Assembly: GCF_006345805.1 (NCBI RefSeq)
Contig: NC_043002.1
Span: forward strand, 49,290,001-49,354,000
Source of the DNA: Octopus sinensis
Lineage: Eukaryota
Length of the DNA stretch: 64,000 nt
Direction of reading: 5' to 3'
The notes beneath the pieces are model-generated. The model was given only the letters and a program-made list of their open reading frames with translations, was not told the origin of the DNA and ran no database searches. Positions 1-12,857 of this stretch are shown here, piece after piece; the stretch's first letter is position 1, and every line of letters starts with the position of its first letter. The position numbers and the translations under genes are program-made.

Positions 1-294
1 CTTCATCTAATATCACCCAACAAGCAATCAATCAAGCCGGCAATTAGCAATCAGGTATCTTTATATGTTTTAAAATATGCTGTTTAAATTAATTACCCAC
101 ACTCTATCTGTTTTCTCTAAGACTGCAACGAATTACTGGAGAAATATTTAAATTCAAAACCTAGCAAATTGCACCATGTTGTCGGCCAAGAAAATGTAAA
201 GATGCCCAACTGATTGGCGATATCTGTTAGACGAATGTCAAAAAATCTGATTAATTCTACAAGAGCAGTGATGTCTGCTGTTGATGAAACTCAT

Positions 295-520
295 GTTGGT
301 GGTGTTAATGGTGGTTGGTGGTGGTGGTGGTGGTGATGGTGGTGATGGTGTTGATGTTGGTGGTGATAGTGTCAGTGGTGGTGATGGTGTCAGTGGTGGT
401 GATGGTGTCAGTGGTGGTGATGGTGTCAGTGGTGGTCGTAGTAGTGATAATGGTGTAGATATTTGTAGGGATAGTAGTGGTAGTGAGGAAGAGGAAGATG
501 GTGGTGGTGGTGGTGGTTGT
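295..520. repeat. (GGT)n-rich low-complexity tract
   Basis: Degenerate GGT/GAT repeats including a run of 18-bp units gtggtgatggtgtcagtg; explains the Gly-rich and Thr-rich pseudo-ORFs. Confidence 0.9.
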
Positions 521-1149
521 ACTAGGAGCAGTGTACAAGATGCTAAATGCTTTGACGTATTTTAGTTTCACCTCTCGGGGTTCTGGGATCAAGCCCTATC
601 GAATTTGAGCCTCACGTTACATAAGTGTCGATGACATCAGTACCAGTAATAAACTGGGTTCTGTTTGTTATGAACTAGTTAGAAGAGGAAGAAACTGGTG
701 CTGGCAGAGAAGGAGGAGAAAAACAAGACTTACGAATAAGTCTCAAACTACAAACTTGATCAGAATATTTTCTGGAAGATCGACTCTGCGAAAAGCACCA
801 AAGAATTCAGTCGGATATCGTAAATTCTTTATCATTCAGCCCGGTAAAGAGTTCGTAGCCAAAGACTTCCTAGCCGCTAGATGAAGCCTTGCTCTTTCTC
901 TAGAATCTTGACTGCTTCTTCCATGGAGATTAAGTCTAACGTTCGAGAACAAGAAGAGTCAAACAGACAGACTTCTACACATTTTTCATTAACCGAATTT
1001 CCCTTCCGTGACTTAGGTTGATTCGTGGTTTAAGGTGCACGCATTGCAATGGAACAGTGAGCTACGTAACTCTGCGAAGAAATTCTAACTCATTGAGCCT
1101 TGCTTATACTCCCATTCTAGAATATAATATGAACAAAAGAAAATTTGAT

Positions 1150-1700
1150 TCTCTTTGATGTAGATCTTGCAAGATCTCTCCACTTAATTGCTTTACTGTT
1201 CTTCCATGTAGATCCTTCCTTATCCAGCTCATTCGTTGTTTCATTATTACTCAATGTAGATGCATTATTTCTTCCTTGAATGGAGATCATTCATTTCTAT
1301 AAATGTGACATCCTTCAAAATAGCTGCAATATTTTTCGTTGGTCCTTCGTACATCCATTGATCATTTTCTATACTTCCTTCATAATTTATCTCAGTATGT
1401 CATTGCCCCTAAATATAGCTGCTTCATTATCCTTCTGTATAGATCCTTCATCATTCATCCATGTAAATGTATCATTATCCATCAATGTCGCTGGACTATT
1501 TTTCCTTGCATCTAGATCTTTCATCATTCATCCCACCATATGTGACATAGTCCTTGAATGTAGCTATTTCATAACCCTTCCATGCAGATACTAAATCATT
1601 TATTTCAACTAGTTTGACATAGTCTCTTAATGTAGTTGCTTCATACTCCTTCCATGTAGATACTTCATATGTACATCCTTCGTCAGTTACCTCAGTTAAA
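1150..1700 (-). repeat. Degenerate ~72-bp tandem repeat with protein-like reading on the minus strand
   Basis: The motif agat(c/a)cttcatcatt recurs at about 1371, 1441, 1514, 1586 and 1658 (spacing 70-73 bp). Minus strand reads STWKEYEATTLRDY / SAWKGYEIATFKDY / SIQKDNEAAIFRGN, with a frameshift and stops. Confidence 0.65.
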
Positions 1701-2169
1701 GATTTCACTGCTTCCCAATTTAGATGAAACATTACTCTCTCTAAGAACACGATTGCCTCTTTTATTGTTTTATTGTTTCCAGCTGTAAGTGGTTGTTTGT
1801 GATAAATATTTATGTAAAGGAGGCTGGTGTTTCGTAAAAATTAGGCTTCGGATCAAACCGAAGCTATATCTTTTAAAAACACAATTATAACAATTCAATG
1901 GATTTTGATTTTAAAGTTTCAAGGGCTAGACTGCTTAAAACGAAGGTGACCAGTGCAGAGACATTAATATATCATCACCGAAGCAGATTTGTGATGCAGC
2001 ATAGTGGCTAGTAGCGATAAGGTAGAGCGAGTGATTCCCTCACAAAGGATCTCACTAGTCTAGTAGGCTAATATTTTGCAAGTGGGGTTTTAAATGTTAG
2101 ATGATTAGTGCTTATTTTTCTTGACTCATGAATATTGAACCCAGAGTAAAAAAAAATACAGTATTTTTT

Positions 2170-2262
2170 TTCTTTCATTTGCTTCAGTCATTTGACTGCA
2201 GCCATGCTGGAACATCGTCTTTAGTCGAATAAATCGACCCCAGGACTTATACTTTCTTTTGT
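2170..2262 (-). mobile_element. SINE family B, 3' end fragment
   Basis: Reverse complement of the tail gtcctggggtcgattt..cgactaaag..ccagcatggctgcagtcaaatgactgaa shared with the full copies at 6976, 9395 and 15695. Confidence 0.85.
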
Positions 2263-2349
2263 ACACACATACGCGCGCGAGTGTATGTGTGTACAAAAGT
2301 TTATGTACACACACACGCACGGACGCACACACACACATATATATATATG

Positions 2350-2520
2350 CATACATACATATGCAGGAGAATACATGCATAAAACAAAACATAGAAATCT
2401 GTACATATACATACATACATACATACATACAAAAATACCCTGTTGAAGTTGTTGAAATTCCAATGAAGGAGCCTTGGATATAGGTTAGGTTCTCTAATGG
2501 CTAGAAAACTGAATAATGAC
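2350..2520 (+). mobile_element. 3' UTR fragment of RLE-type non-LTR retrotransposon (same family as 13025-14130)
   Basis: gagaatacatgcataaaacaaaacatagaaatctg...gttgttgaaattccaatgaaggagccttggat...actgaataatgac matches the reverse complement of 13702-13900. Confidence 0.8.
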
Positions 2521-3545
2521 TTACATATACACTGGCATATGTGTTCATGGATATATAAGAAACGTATGCTCACTGGAACGTCCTTGATCAACTTCCAGTA
2601 TGTTGCAGCAATGAAAGGTCGCCGACATTTTGTACATGCGAGATTTGGGGTTAACAGTCTAGGAAACACTACTGTACAGCATCAAATGCAGCTCCTCTCT
2701 TTACAACCGATGGAGGGAACGTGAAATGTATTGCTTTGCCCAATGATACAACACACTGCCCAATCTGGAAGCTGAAACAACGACCTTGCGATCCTAAGCC
2801 CAACCATTAGGCATGCACTTTTATTGCGTGATCTTAGGTCTTCTCAATCGGGACCAACAATAGTCGCATTTAAAGACGAACAAAAAGGCTGTACAGTGAA
2901 GAGGTTGCATGTTGCATACTGCATCGCTACACTGTATATCAGAATGTGTGGTATGATACTCAGTTAGAAAGGAGATATGGCATATCCACATATCCAGAAT
3001 TATGGATCTATAGATCGAATCTAGTTGTTTGACCAACTACCTACATGGCATGGGGTCTACTCACACAATAAACCAAGCGAAGACCCAAATAATTATATAT
3101 TCATTATCTTTTGAACACATGACCACTCGGCCAATCAATCAACTAAAACAACCGAATAATCAACCTGCCCACCACTCAATCAAGGAACGCCGACCGATCA
3201 ACCAATCAACTACCAACAAGGCAGCCAGCCAGCCAATAAAAACAACCAATCAACCATGGCAGCTAACCAGCCAGTCGTTCTCTTTAGCCAGTGAGCCAGA
3301 CTAAGGTCTCTAGTTAAATGGGGTTTACTGGTCTGGAAAACTAAGAAAATCGTATTAATGGGATAAATGAAAAGATTTTGTAAATTTTGTTGTCGTTGTT
3401 GTTGTTTTTAAACAGCTGCCAATTGATATGTAGACCCAATAAAACTGGATCCCAGTCAGAGTGATGCCATCGATTCTTATAAATGGTAGATCTTAATAAA
3501 AGATTAGCGAAGCCCAAGCCAAAACAAACCGCCATGTTTGCTGTG

Positions 3546-3547
<2 letters not shown>

Positions 3548-3595
<48 letters not shown>

Positions 3596-3607
3596 CTCTC
3601 TCTCTCA

Positions 3608-3662
<55 letters not shown>

Positions 3663-3741
3663 TGTATTGTTGCTTATACATGATGCAATAACGAGTATAT
3701 GCATATATACACATACACACACGCACTCGCACACACGTGAG

Positions 3742-3825
<84 letters not shown>

Positions 3826-3870
3826 GTATCTATGCATGTATGTATGTGTGTGTGTATGTATGTATGAATG

Positions 3871-3902
<32 letters not shown>

Positions 3903-4060
3903 AGTATGTACGTATATGAATATGTATATGCGAAATCTATTTCGTTGCATGCATATATGTATGTGAGTTTATATGCTGTCCCTCCCAAAGCTTTATAAAT
4001 GTGTGTGTTCATGTGTATGCTTCCTAGTATGTATGTATGCATGAATGTATGTATTACGCA
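3548..4060. repeat. Compound microsatellite (CT)n-(TA)n-(CA)n-(TATG)n-(TATC)n
   Basis: Direct reading of the tandem units. Confidence 0.95.
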
Positions 4061-4149
4061 TATACAATTATATGCTGTGTAGCTATTTATGTGTAATTGC
4101 TTTTCTAAATATGTGTCTATATTTCTATAAAAATGATGATGATGTGTGT

Positions 4150-4530
4150 TCTGTTTTTAATTATTCAAATTCTTCCCCTGGAGAAGGAGCTGCTTTCTAA
4201 CAAAGATACAAAGCTCCATCGTTGGAATGTAGATAACAAAAGCAATGTCCCATTATAATTATAAAAGTCTTGAATATTTTTACTGTTCCACTTATGGACT
4301 GAATTTGTAATGTGTGTGTTAGTTGGCCGATTCACTTTTCAGAAAATCCAGCGTAATCCAGATTGTCAGGCAGTTACTCACAAAACCAAGTGCATCAATT
4401 ATTATTAGTATAAATGTGAATTTATAATCTGAATATAAAAGCTGGAGGCTTCAAAGCAGTTGTCCACAGTTATTCTCTTTCACTTTGATTTTCAAAGAGA
4501 TAGGAATAGAACGCTTTGGGTAGTGTGCAG
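4150..4530 (-). mobile_element. Decayed RLE-type (R4/NeSL-like) non-LTR retrotransposon 3' end
   Basis: Minus strand translates ISLKIKVKENNCGQLL*SLQLLYSDYKFTFILIIIDALGFVSNCL, homologous to 18330-18470. The 3' UTR at 4170-4260 matches 18585-18680. Confidence 0.75.
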
Positions 4531-4798
4531 AATATTGGTAATAAGGTTAACCATAGTTCTCTGGTTTTCGATGTTTCTGAATGGGGTAGTGTTATTGAAG
4601 AGTCTTTTCTTGAACGATCTTCCAGTCAATCTGCCGCATCGTTTTAGCTTGGTGTCATATTATCCGTAACTTTGCTCTCTGTCTCACAAACGATAGCCTC
4701 GTTGTTACGGGCTGTATTGCAGAAGCGTTGAGATATTTTTTTCTTGGAGAAGCAGTTATTACTGCTCTTGATCATTGTAATTTTAGTATATCATTGAG

Positions 4799-4861
4799 AC
4801 CCCTTTCGGTCACGACACAGACCAGGGGATTGCACCTAGAAAGTTACCCTCCCAGGCACAA
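4799..4861 (-). mobile_element. SINE family C, 3' fragment
   Basis: gggattgcacctagaaagttaccctcccaggcacaa is identical to a segment of the copy at 61200-61516. Confidence 0.75.
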
Positions 4862-4869
4862 TTATTATG

Positions 4870-5990
4870 CATCTAATAAGCAGGCCTGCCAACTTTTGAT
4901 ATTCCAGATTGAAGGAAACGCCTGTAATAGCACTTTGAACACGCCTTACTAAACACTGTTTGTCACTGCTGACGAGTTTGCAGAATGCAATCGGGACGTG
5001 AAGCTCATTATGCAATAAAGTTTTGTGTTAAACTGGACGAAAACTCTACATAAACTTATGACATACTCCAGACTGCTTACAGATTAACTTTTTTCGCTGG
5101 CACAAGAGGTTTAAGGACGATAGATAGGAGGTGAGAGACTATGAGAGGTGTGGGGGTGAGAGGAATCACCAGAGTATCAAAGCTGGATGAGAAAATTCGC
5201 AGTTTTCTAGATGAAGACCATCGTATGCCTACGAAGGCAATAAACAAATAGTTGGAGTTGGTGTGGAAACTGTACACAGAATTATTCACGAAAATCTGAA
5301 CATGCACAAAATTTGTTCAAAGTTTCTTATTTCTTTATTGCCCACAAGGGGCTAAAAAAAGAGGGGACAATCAAGGACAGACAAAAGGATTAAGCCGATT
5401 ACATCGACCCCAGTGCGTAATTGGTATTTAATTTATCGACACCGAAAGGATGAAAGGCAAAGTCGACCTCGGCGGAATTTGAACTCAGAACGTAACGGCA
5501 GACGAAATACCTATTTCTTTACTACCTACAAGGAGCCAAACACAGAGAGGACAAACAAGTACAGATAAACGAATCATGTCGATTATATCGACCCCAGTGC
5601 GCAAAGGATGAACGGCAAAGTTGACCTCGGCGGAATTTGAACTCAGAACGTAACGGCAGACGAACTACCGCTAAGCATTTCGCCCGGCGTGCTAACGTTT
5701 ATGCCAGCTCGCCGCCTTAAATTTGTTCTAAGTTTCTTCACGGCGTGCTCAGCAACGAGCATCCTGGTAAACAATTAGTTGACAATGGTGGGCATCAAAA
5801 CTGTTCCTCACACTCCCTACAGTCCAGACCTTTCTCCCTGTGGCTTTTGGTTGTTTTCCAAATTGAAGGAGAACTTCAGGAGCAGTCATTTTGAAGATGA
5901 AGGAGGCTGTGACAAGGGTGCTCTTTGAAGAACTTCCATAGAGCGTTCAGAAAGTGACTGGAGCGCTACAAAAAGTACTTTGTAGAGTTT
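4870..5990 (+). mobile_element. Decayed, internally deleted mariner transposon (transposase pseudogene) interrupted by a SINE
   Basis: From 4985: MQSGREAHYAIKFCVKLDENST*TYDILQTAY, FRWHKRFKD, VETVHRIIHENLNMHKICSKF. After the SINE: HTPYSPDLSPCGFWLFSKLKE (mariner YSPDL motif). A related leader fragment lies at about 12455-12520. Confidence 0.85.
5329..5718 (-). mobile_element. tRNA-derived SINE family A, dimeric form, with 20-bp target-site duplication
   Basis: Head ggcggcgagctggc (A box) and gagttcaaattccgcc (B box); body and tail occur twice. Flanked by aaatttgttc(a/t)aagtttctt at 5309-5328 and 5719-5738. Confidence 0.92.
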
Positions 5991-6309
5991 TGTAATTCTT
6001 TGAAAAAGTCTGAAATAGCTAGAATGCACTTTGTACATTCATTATTCAGTAGAATTATCACAGTAGAATTGGCATAAATATCCATTTTCAAAAGCCGAGG
6101 TCGAATTATGTTAGATTATTTGTTTCATTTTAGGTCATCACTTTCGGTGATCTTAAATGTGCATCACTAGAACGATTTCCTGCATTTGTATTTTTGTGGG
6201 TTATGTTACATGATCTTTCTGACTAATGATTGGCCTATACGACTCTCTCCTTGAAATTCAAATATCTAACAAGTCAATTGGTGCTATTATTCGCAATTTT
6301 CGGTCAATC

Positions 6310-6352
6310 GTTTTGCTGATGACACCTACGTAGGTGGAAACATGTCTACTAT
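6310..6352 (+). ncRNA. Minimal hammerhead ribozyme core (Penelope-type), stem I degraded
   Basis: CTGATGA (6316-22), stem II cacct/acgt/aggtg, GAAA (6337-40), palindromic catg, GUC site. Stem I pairs poorly. Confidence 0.55.
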
Positions 6353-6489
6353 TGTCCTCTTTAATGGAATTTGCAGTTTGAGGAATTCTTGATTCTTGAG
6401 ATTACACCCACTTCACAGTTGGAATTGACATCAACAGCTAATAAACAACTGGCTCTGGAAGGGGAGGTAATTTCAATAAACTTAGGTGA

Positions 6490-6914
6490 TCGTAAATGTG
6501 TATCGAACGATATCTTGTAATTATGGTTTTGTAGGAAATATATTTTCTATTAAACTTAGGAAGGTCTTACTTATATTAGACCTTGCGTTGACAAAGATAG
6601 AATACAAAGTAGATTACATTTCTGCACTGCATTCTTCTGGTTGTACCCTAGCTGGGGTTGTGTGTGATCTTATCTGTGAGCTCAATGGTCTAAAGAGTGT
6701 CATTTTAGTAAGAAGATACCCTAACAGATGACGAGTTAGTGAATTTACTTATTATTACATTTTTTTCGCAAAGTTCTTGAACTCAGGGGATGCGAGGAAG
6801 TACAGGATCCTACTTTTGTATGTGAATTTTTCATTTTGCTCCCTAAAAGACTTAAAGCAATCGGTATTACTGCGACGTTCAGAAAAGAAACTTCACTAAG
6901 GTTGCTGTTTATAG
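6490..6914 (-). mobile_element. Highly decayed Penelope-like RT thumb fragment
   Basis: ORF 6745-6930 contains SEVSFLNVAV and SHT...TSSHPLS, resembling the PLE FLDV and YL..xSxHP motifs. Weak similarity only. Confidence 0.4.
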
Positions 6915-6916
6915 TA

Positions 6917-7151
6917 CAAGATGATATCAAAAGTTCAGCGGACTATTTATGTTTAATAAAAAAAAAACTTATTTAGGCGTAGGAGTGGCTGTATCGTAAG
7001 TAGCTTGCTTACGAACAACATGATTCCGGGTTCTGTCCCACTGCGTGACACCTTGGGCAAGTGTCTTCTACTATAGCCTTGGGCCGACCGAAGCCTTGTG
7101 AGTGGATTTGGTAATCGGAAACTGAAAGAAACCCGTCGTATATATGTATGC

Positions 7152-7192
<41 letters not shown>

Positions 7193-7998
7193 TGTGTGTA
7201 TATGTTTGTGTGTCTGTGTTTGTCTCCCCCCACCCCAGCATCACATGACAACCGATGCTGGTGTGTTTATGTCTCCGTAACTTAGCGGTTCGGCAAAAGA
7301 GACCGATGGAATAAGTATTAGGCTTACAAAGAATAAGTCCTGGGGTCGATTTGCTCGACTAAAGGCGGTGCTCCAGCACCCCACAGGCAAATGACTGAAG
7401 CAAGTAAAAGAGTAAAAGAGAGAGGGTACCTAAATTTTAACATCATCTCCATCGAAATAGTTATCTTAAGCAGCAATACACCGATACCAGCATTCCTGCC
7501 AATTTTGGAATCCGGCCTGGAAGTCGTTTTCCGTAAACGATTTGCGGACCTTTTGCGATTCGCTCTGGAACTCGATAACGGTGTTAAGACGACGACCTGC
7601 ATTTTTATCTTGGGGGAGGAGACTGAAGTCCGCAGGTGCTAAATCTGGCGAATATAGCGGGTGCAGAAGTGATACCATGTTGTTTTTAGCGAGAAACTTA
7701 CGTATGAGAAAAGCACGGTGACAGGGTACATTGTTGTCATGAAGAATCCAATTCATTCGTGAGGAATCCAATTTCACGGTAGTTCTTTGTTCATGTCCAT
7801 GACAAAATCGCTGACTACACCATCCATACACGTGGTCACAAAAACACAAATTTCACGGCTTGCGAAGTAAACACAGCAGTGTCACTCGGCACACAGCCTC
7901 ATGAAGGTCACTGCTAGGTCTCACTGCGCACGCAACTGTGTGCTGCCATCTCTTGTCGCTCTACGGAACTAGTCTGGGAACATTTTGATACCACATCG
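6917..7998 (-). mobile_element. Internally deleted mariner element with imperfect TIRs and TA flanks, carrying a SINE B insertion
   Basis: TA-caagatgatatcaaaagttcagcggact (6915) versus the reverse complement TA-cgatgtggtatcaaaatgttcccagact (8000). ORF 7466-7849 joins HEQRTTVKL directly to WILHDNN..H and HPLYSPDLAPADF. Confidence 0.85.
6976..7424 (+). mobile_element. tRNA-derived SINE family B, full length, with internal microsatellite
   Basis: Head aggagtggctgtatcgtaagtagc..gggttctgtccc; ccttgggcaagtgtctt (CORE-like) segment; internal (TA)n/(TG)n; tail (gtaaaaga)n. Confidence 0.92.
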
Positions 7999-9205
7999 TA
8001 ATTATTCGGCCGAGGGATATGAGTGTCTCTAAAATATCCTCTTTTCACCTACATAGCATAAGTTCATTAGCATGGCTGAAAATAACTGGGTCATTGATTA
8101 TTGTGTATGTTGCTTTTAAGGACTGTGAATCCACTTTACGTTCATCATTATTGGTGAAGTTCATTTGATTACATGGTAATTATTACGTTTGCAGATTGAG
8201 GGTTTATAAATTATAAGTATATTAATGGGTATTATTATATTGTTTATATAGACCAAGTTTAGTTAAGAGAAGTCTTTCTGAAATATCCTAGATGTGTAGT
8301 CCAGAGATAGTGCAAATGTACGCGCCGTACATCGAAGATACCCACTAGATCTGATTTTTTTCCATCCAAACTGAGCCCTCGTTAAAGAGTAGAATGTTCT
8401 TCCTATGGAGTATGGTGTCTAAGTCTTCACCACTGTAAGTAAATATTTGGCCAACGAAAGGTCAAAATCGACGACATCAAATTGGCTGAACCTAACATTA
8501 TTTACATCATGTGTACATTTGAACTAAGAAATAACGTTGCAGATATCTGGAGGGTTTTCTAACAGTTACTGATGTATCCAAGTATTTTATAATTTATGAG
8601 ACCTATATCTGATTTGGTGGCTTTATTAGCTTTTTTCGATCTGGAACAACTAATTGTTGCTCAACCGTCCCTATAAGTTGTAATATATTTATGATTCTAC
8701 GTTAAATTCGCTGCTGTATACCCTCTGTAAAAAAAGGTTTGGGACGAGGAATAACTAATCCTCACCATAAATGAATGTGTGCGTGTGTGTGTGTGTGTGT
8801 GTCTGTCTGTGTGTGCATTCCACGCTGAACGATTGTCGGATTGTGCACGATACGCTATACAAGCCTGTCCAAATACTGCACTATCTTGAAACTTGAAGTG
8901 GGCCGTATAACTCCTGCATTCGTTAAACGTGCAAGTGTATCTATGTACATATATATATATATATATATATATGTGTTTGTGTGCCTGTGTGCGCGATCAC
9001 GCGTGTGTGTGTTTGTGTGTGTGAGGGTGTAAAGGTAAGATCCAAGGATCAAGATGTAAGAAGTTAGTAAGCTTCGATCAGCCCGTGGAAGGTAAAGTAA
9101 CAACTTTCAGGAAAAATAGTGCTTTATTGACGTGTAGAAGGTTGGAAATGTTTCCCATATCGAAGTTCGATAAGCTGAAACAAGTTATTTCATAGTTCAC
9201 GGTTA

Positions 9206-9289
9206 GCCCGATGAATAGCTAGCGGAGTAGCCCTCGTTTTGGGTAATTACTACTTCCGAGGTCCTGCTAGCTATGAAACTTATGTAGGC
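9206..9289 (+). ncRNA. Hammerhead ribozyme relic with long stem II
   Basis: gcc-CGATGA, 9-bp stem atagctagc/gctagctat with a nested hairpin, GAAA-cttatg-TA-ggc. The core lacks one nucleotide relative to CUGANGA. Confidence 0.55.
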
Positions 9290-9394
9290 AGGATATTATC
9301 TACTCCATTCCATAAATTCAGAACACACACACAAACACACAGACACCCACACAGATACACACACACATATGAAATGATACTTATATATGCAATA

Positions 9395-9571
9395 GGCACA
9401 GGAGTGGCTGTGTGGTAAGTAGCTTGCTTACCAACCACATAGTTCCGGGTTCAGTCCCACTGCGTGGTACCTTGGGCAAGTGTCTTCTACTATAGTCTCG
9501 GGCCGACCAAAGCCTTGTGAGTGGATTTGGTAGACGGAAACTGAAAGAAACTCGTCGTATATATGTATGTA

Positions 9572-9607
<36 letters not shown>

Positions 9608-9933
9608 TGTATGTATGTATGTATGTATGTATGTGTGTGTATATGTTTGTGTATCTGTGTTCGTCCTCCCCAACATTGCTTGACAACCGATGTTGGTGTG
9701 TTTACGTCCCCCGTTTACGTCCCCCGTTTACGTCCCCGTAACTTAGCGGTTCGGCAAAAGAGACCGATAGAATACTAGGCTTACAAGAGACCGATAGAAT
9801 ACTAGGCTTACAAGAGACCGATAGAATACTAGGCTTACAAAGAATAAGTCCTGGGGTCGATTTCCTCGACTAAAGGCGGTGCTCTAGCATGGCCGCAGTC
9901 AAATGACTGAAACAAGTAAAAGAGTAAAAGAGA
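9395..9933 (+). mobile_element. SINE family B, full length, with internal tandem triplications
   Basis: Same head, body and tail as 6976-7424; internal (TATG)n; the 27-bp unit aagagaccgatagaatactaggcttac occurs three times (9758-9838). Confidence 0.93.
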
Positions 9934-10159
9934 ATGAGATATATACATGTATAAATGCATACATATTTGTATGGGGAGAGGATGTAAATGAGTATGTGTC
10001 TGTGTGTCTATTGGCAAAAGGAAATGTACGAGGGAAAAACGTAAGATTGATACGTATATGCACATGAATATTCCCACACTAGGCTGGTACTGAAACATCT
10101 ATATACAGAATATTTAAACGTATGGTGGAATATACGATTTCATATACGGCTGTGTGTAT

Positions 10160-11990
<1,831 letters not shown>

Positions 11991-12029
11991 ATATTTTGAT
12001 AAATTGATGGATAAACAGATAAATAGATT

Positions 12030-12300
12030 GTGAATGGATATCAAACTTCTGTTTGACTGATATATTGAATCAAGCAAAGATGCGTCGAGCGATATGCATA
12101 TCCGTTTCTGTACAGAACTTGCTACTAGGCTGTCAGAGTAACATATGGTGCAAATAATATTTGTGCGGTTTTCCTTTCGGCCACAGCAACGGGGCTGGTT
12201 ATAACTATTCAAAGATGTCATTACAGCCAACTTTTGTAAGTGTATTCTTTCATAGTTTCCAATGGACCTCTTTGAGCCAATTTTTCTTGCCAATATTTGT
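12030..12300 (-). pseudogene. Possible relic of a piggyBac C-terminal Cys-rich domain
   Basis: ORF 11985-12293 contains PRCCGRKENRTNIICTICY, reminiscent of the piggyBac CxxCxxNKTxxxCxxC tail. No TTAA/TIR pair identified. Confidence 0.3.
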
Positions 12301-12662
12301 ATCGTAACCTTTCAAATATTTTTTTTTTTCAATTTTGTTTATCCTTGTGGTTTTCAAATGTTCGTTTATCTCTATCTTTCTGCCTCTTTGCTTACTACAC
12401 AACTAATAAACTGACTTGCCATTTTTTCTTTTTTCTTTTTTTTTTTTTTGTTATTCCAGATTGAAGGGAACGACTGTAACAGCACTTCGAACACACCTTA
12501 CTAAACACTACTTGACACAGCTAATTACACTGCGTTTCAAATTGTTATTCCATTTAGGGGATCAAAGATACCTGTGAATTTACAAAAAAGTCTCTTTTGG
12601 TTTACGTCTATGTATTTGTTTTGCGCAGATTCCTGATGTGCAAACGTGTGTTGAAAGATATA

Positions 12663-12857
12663 TTGTTATATTTCGGGATGGTCAATTTTTTTCTTGATAA
12701 ATAAACACACGCACTATATATTCGTTCAGGAGGAGACACGTGGGATGGAAGAGTCACTGAAGAGGTCACAAATGTGTAACGAAAGATTTCCAAACAACGA
12801 ATATATAGTGCATGTGTTTATTTGGCTAGAAAACATGGCCATCCAGAAATATAACAA
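12663..12857. repeat. ~63-bp inverted repeat enclosing a hammerhead-like core
   Basis: Arms 12663-12726 and 12796-12857. The loop contains CTGAAGA (12757) ... GAAA (12781). Confidence 0.75.

Noticed and set aside
2530-2700. Possible coding exon (INFQYVAAMKGRRHFVHARFGVNSLGN)
   Set aside because: No recognisable protein or clear splice sites; it directly follows an RLE 3' UTR and is more likely repeat-derived.
4968-5005. CTGACGA hammerhead-like start
   Set aside because: No GAAA or stems in register; it is the leader of the mariner transposase.
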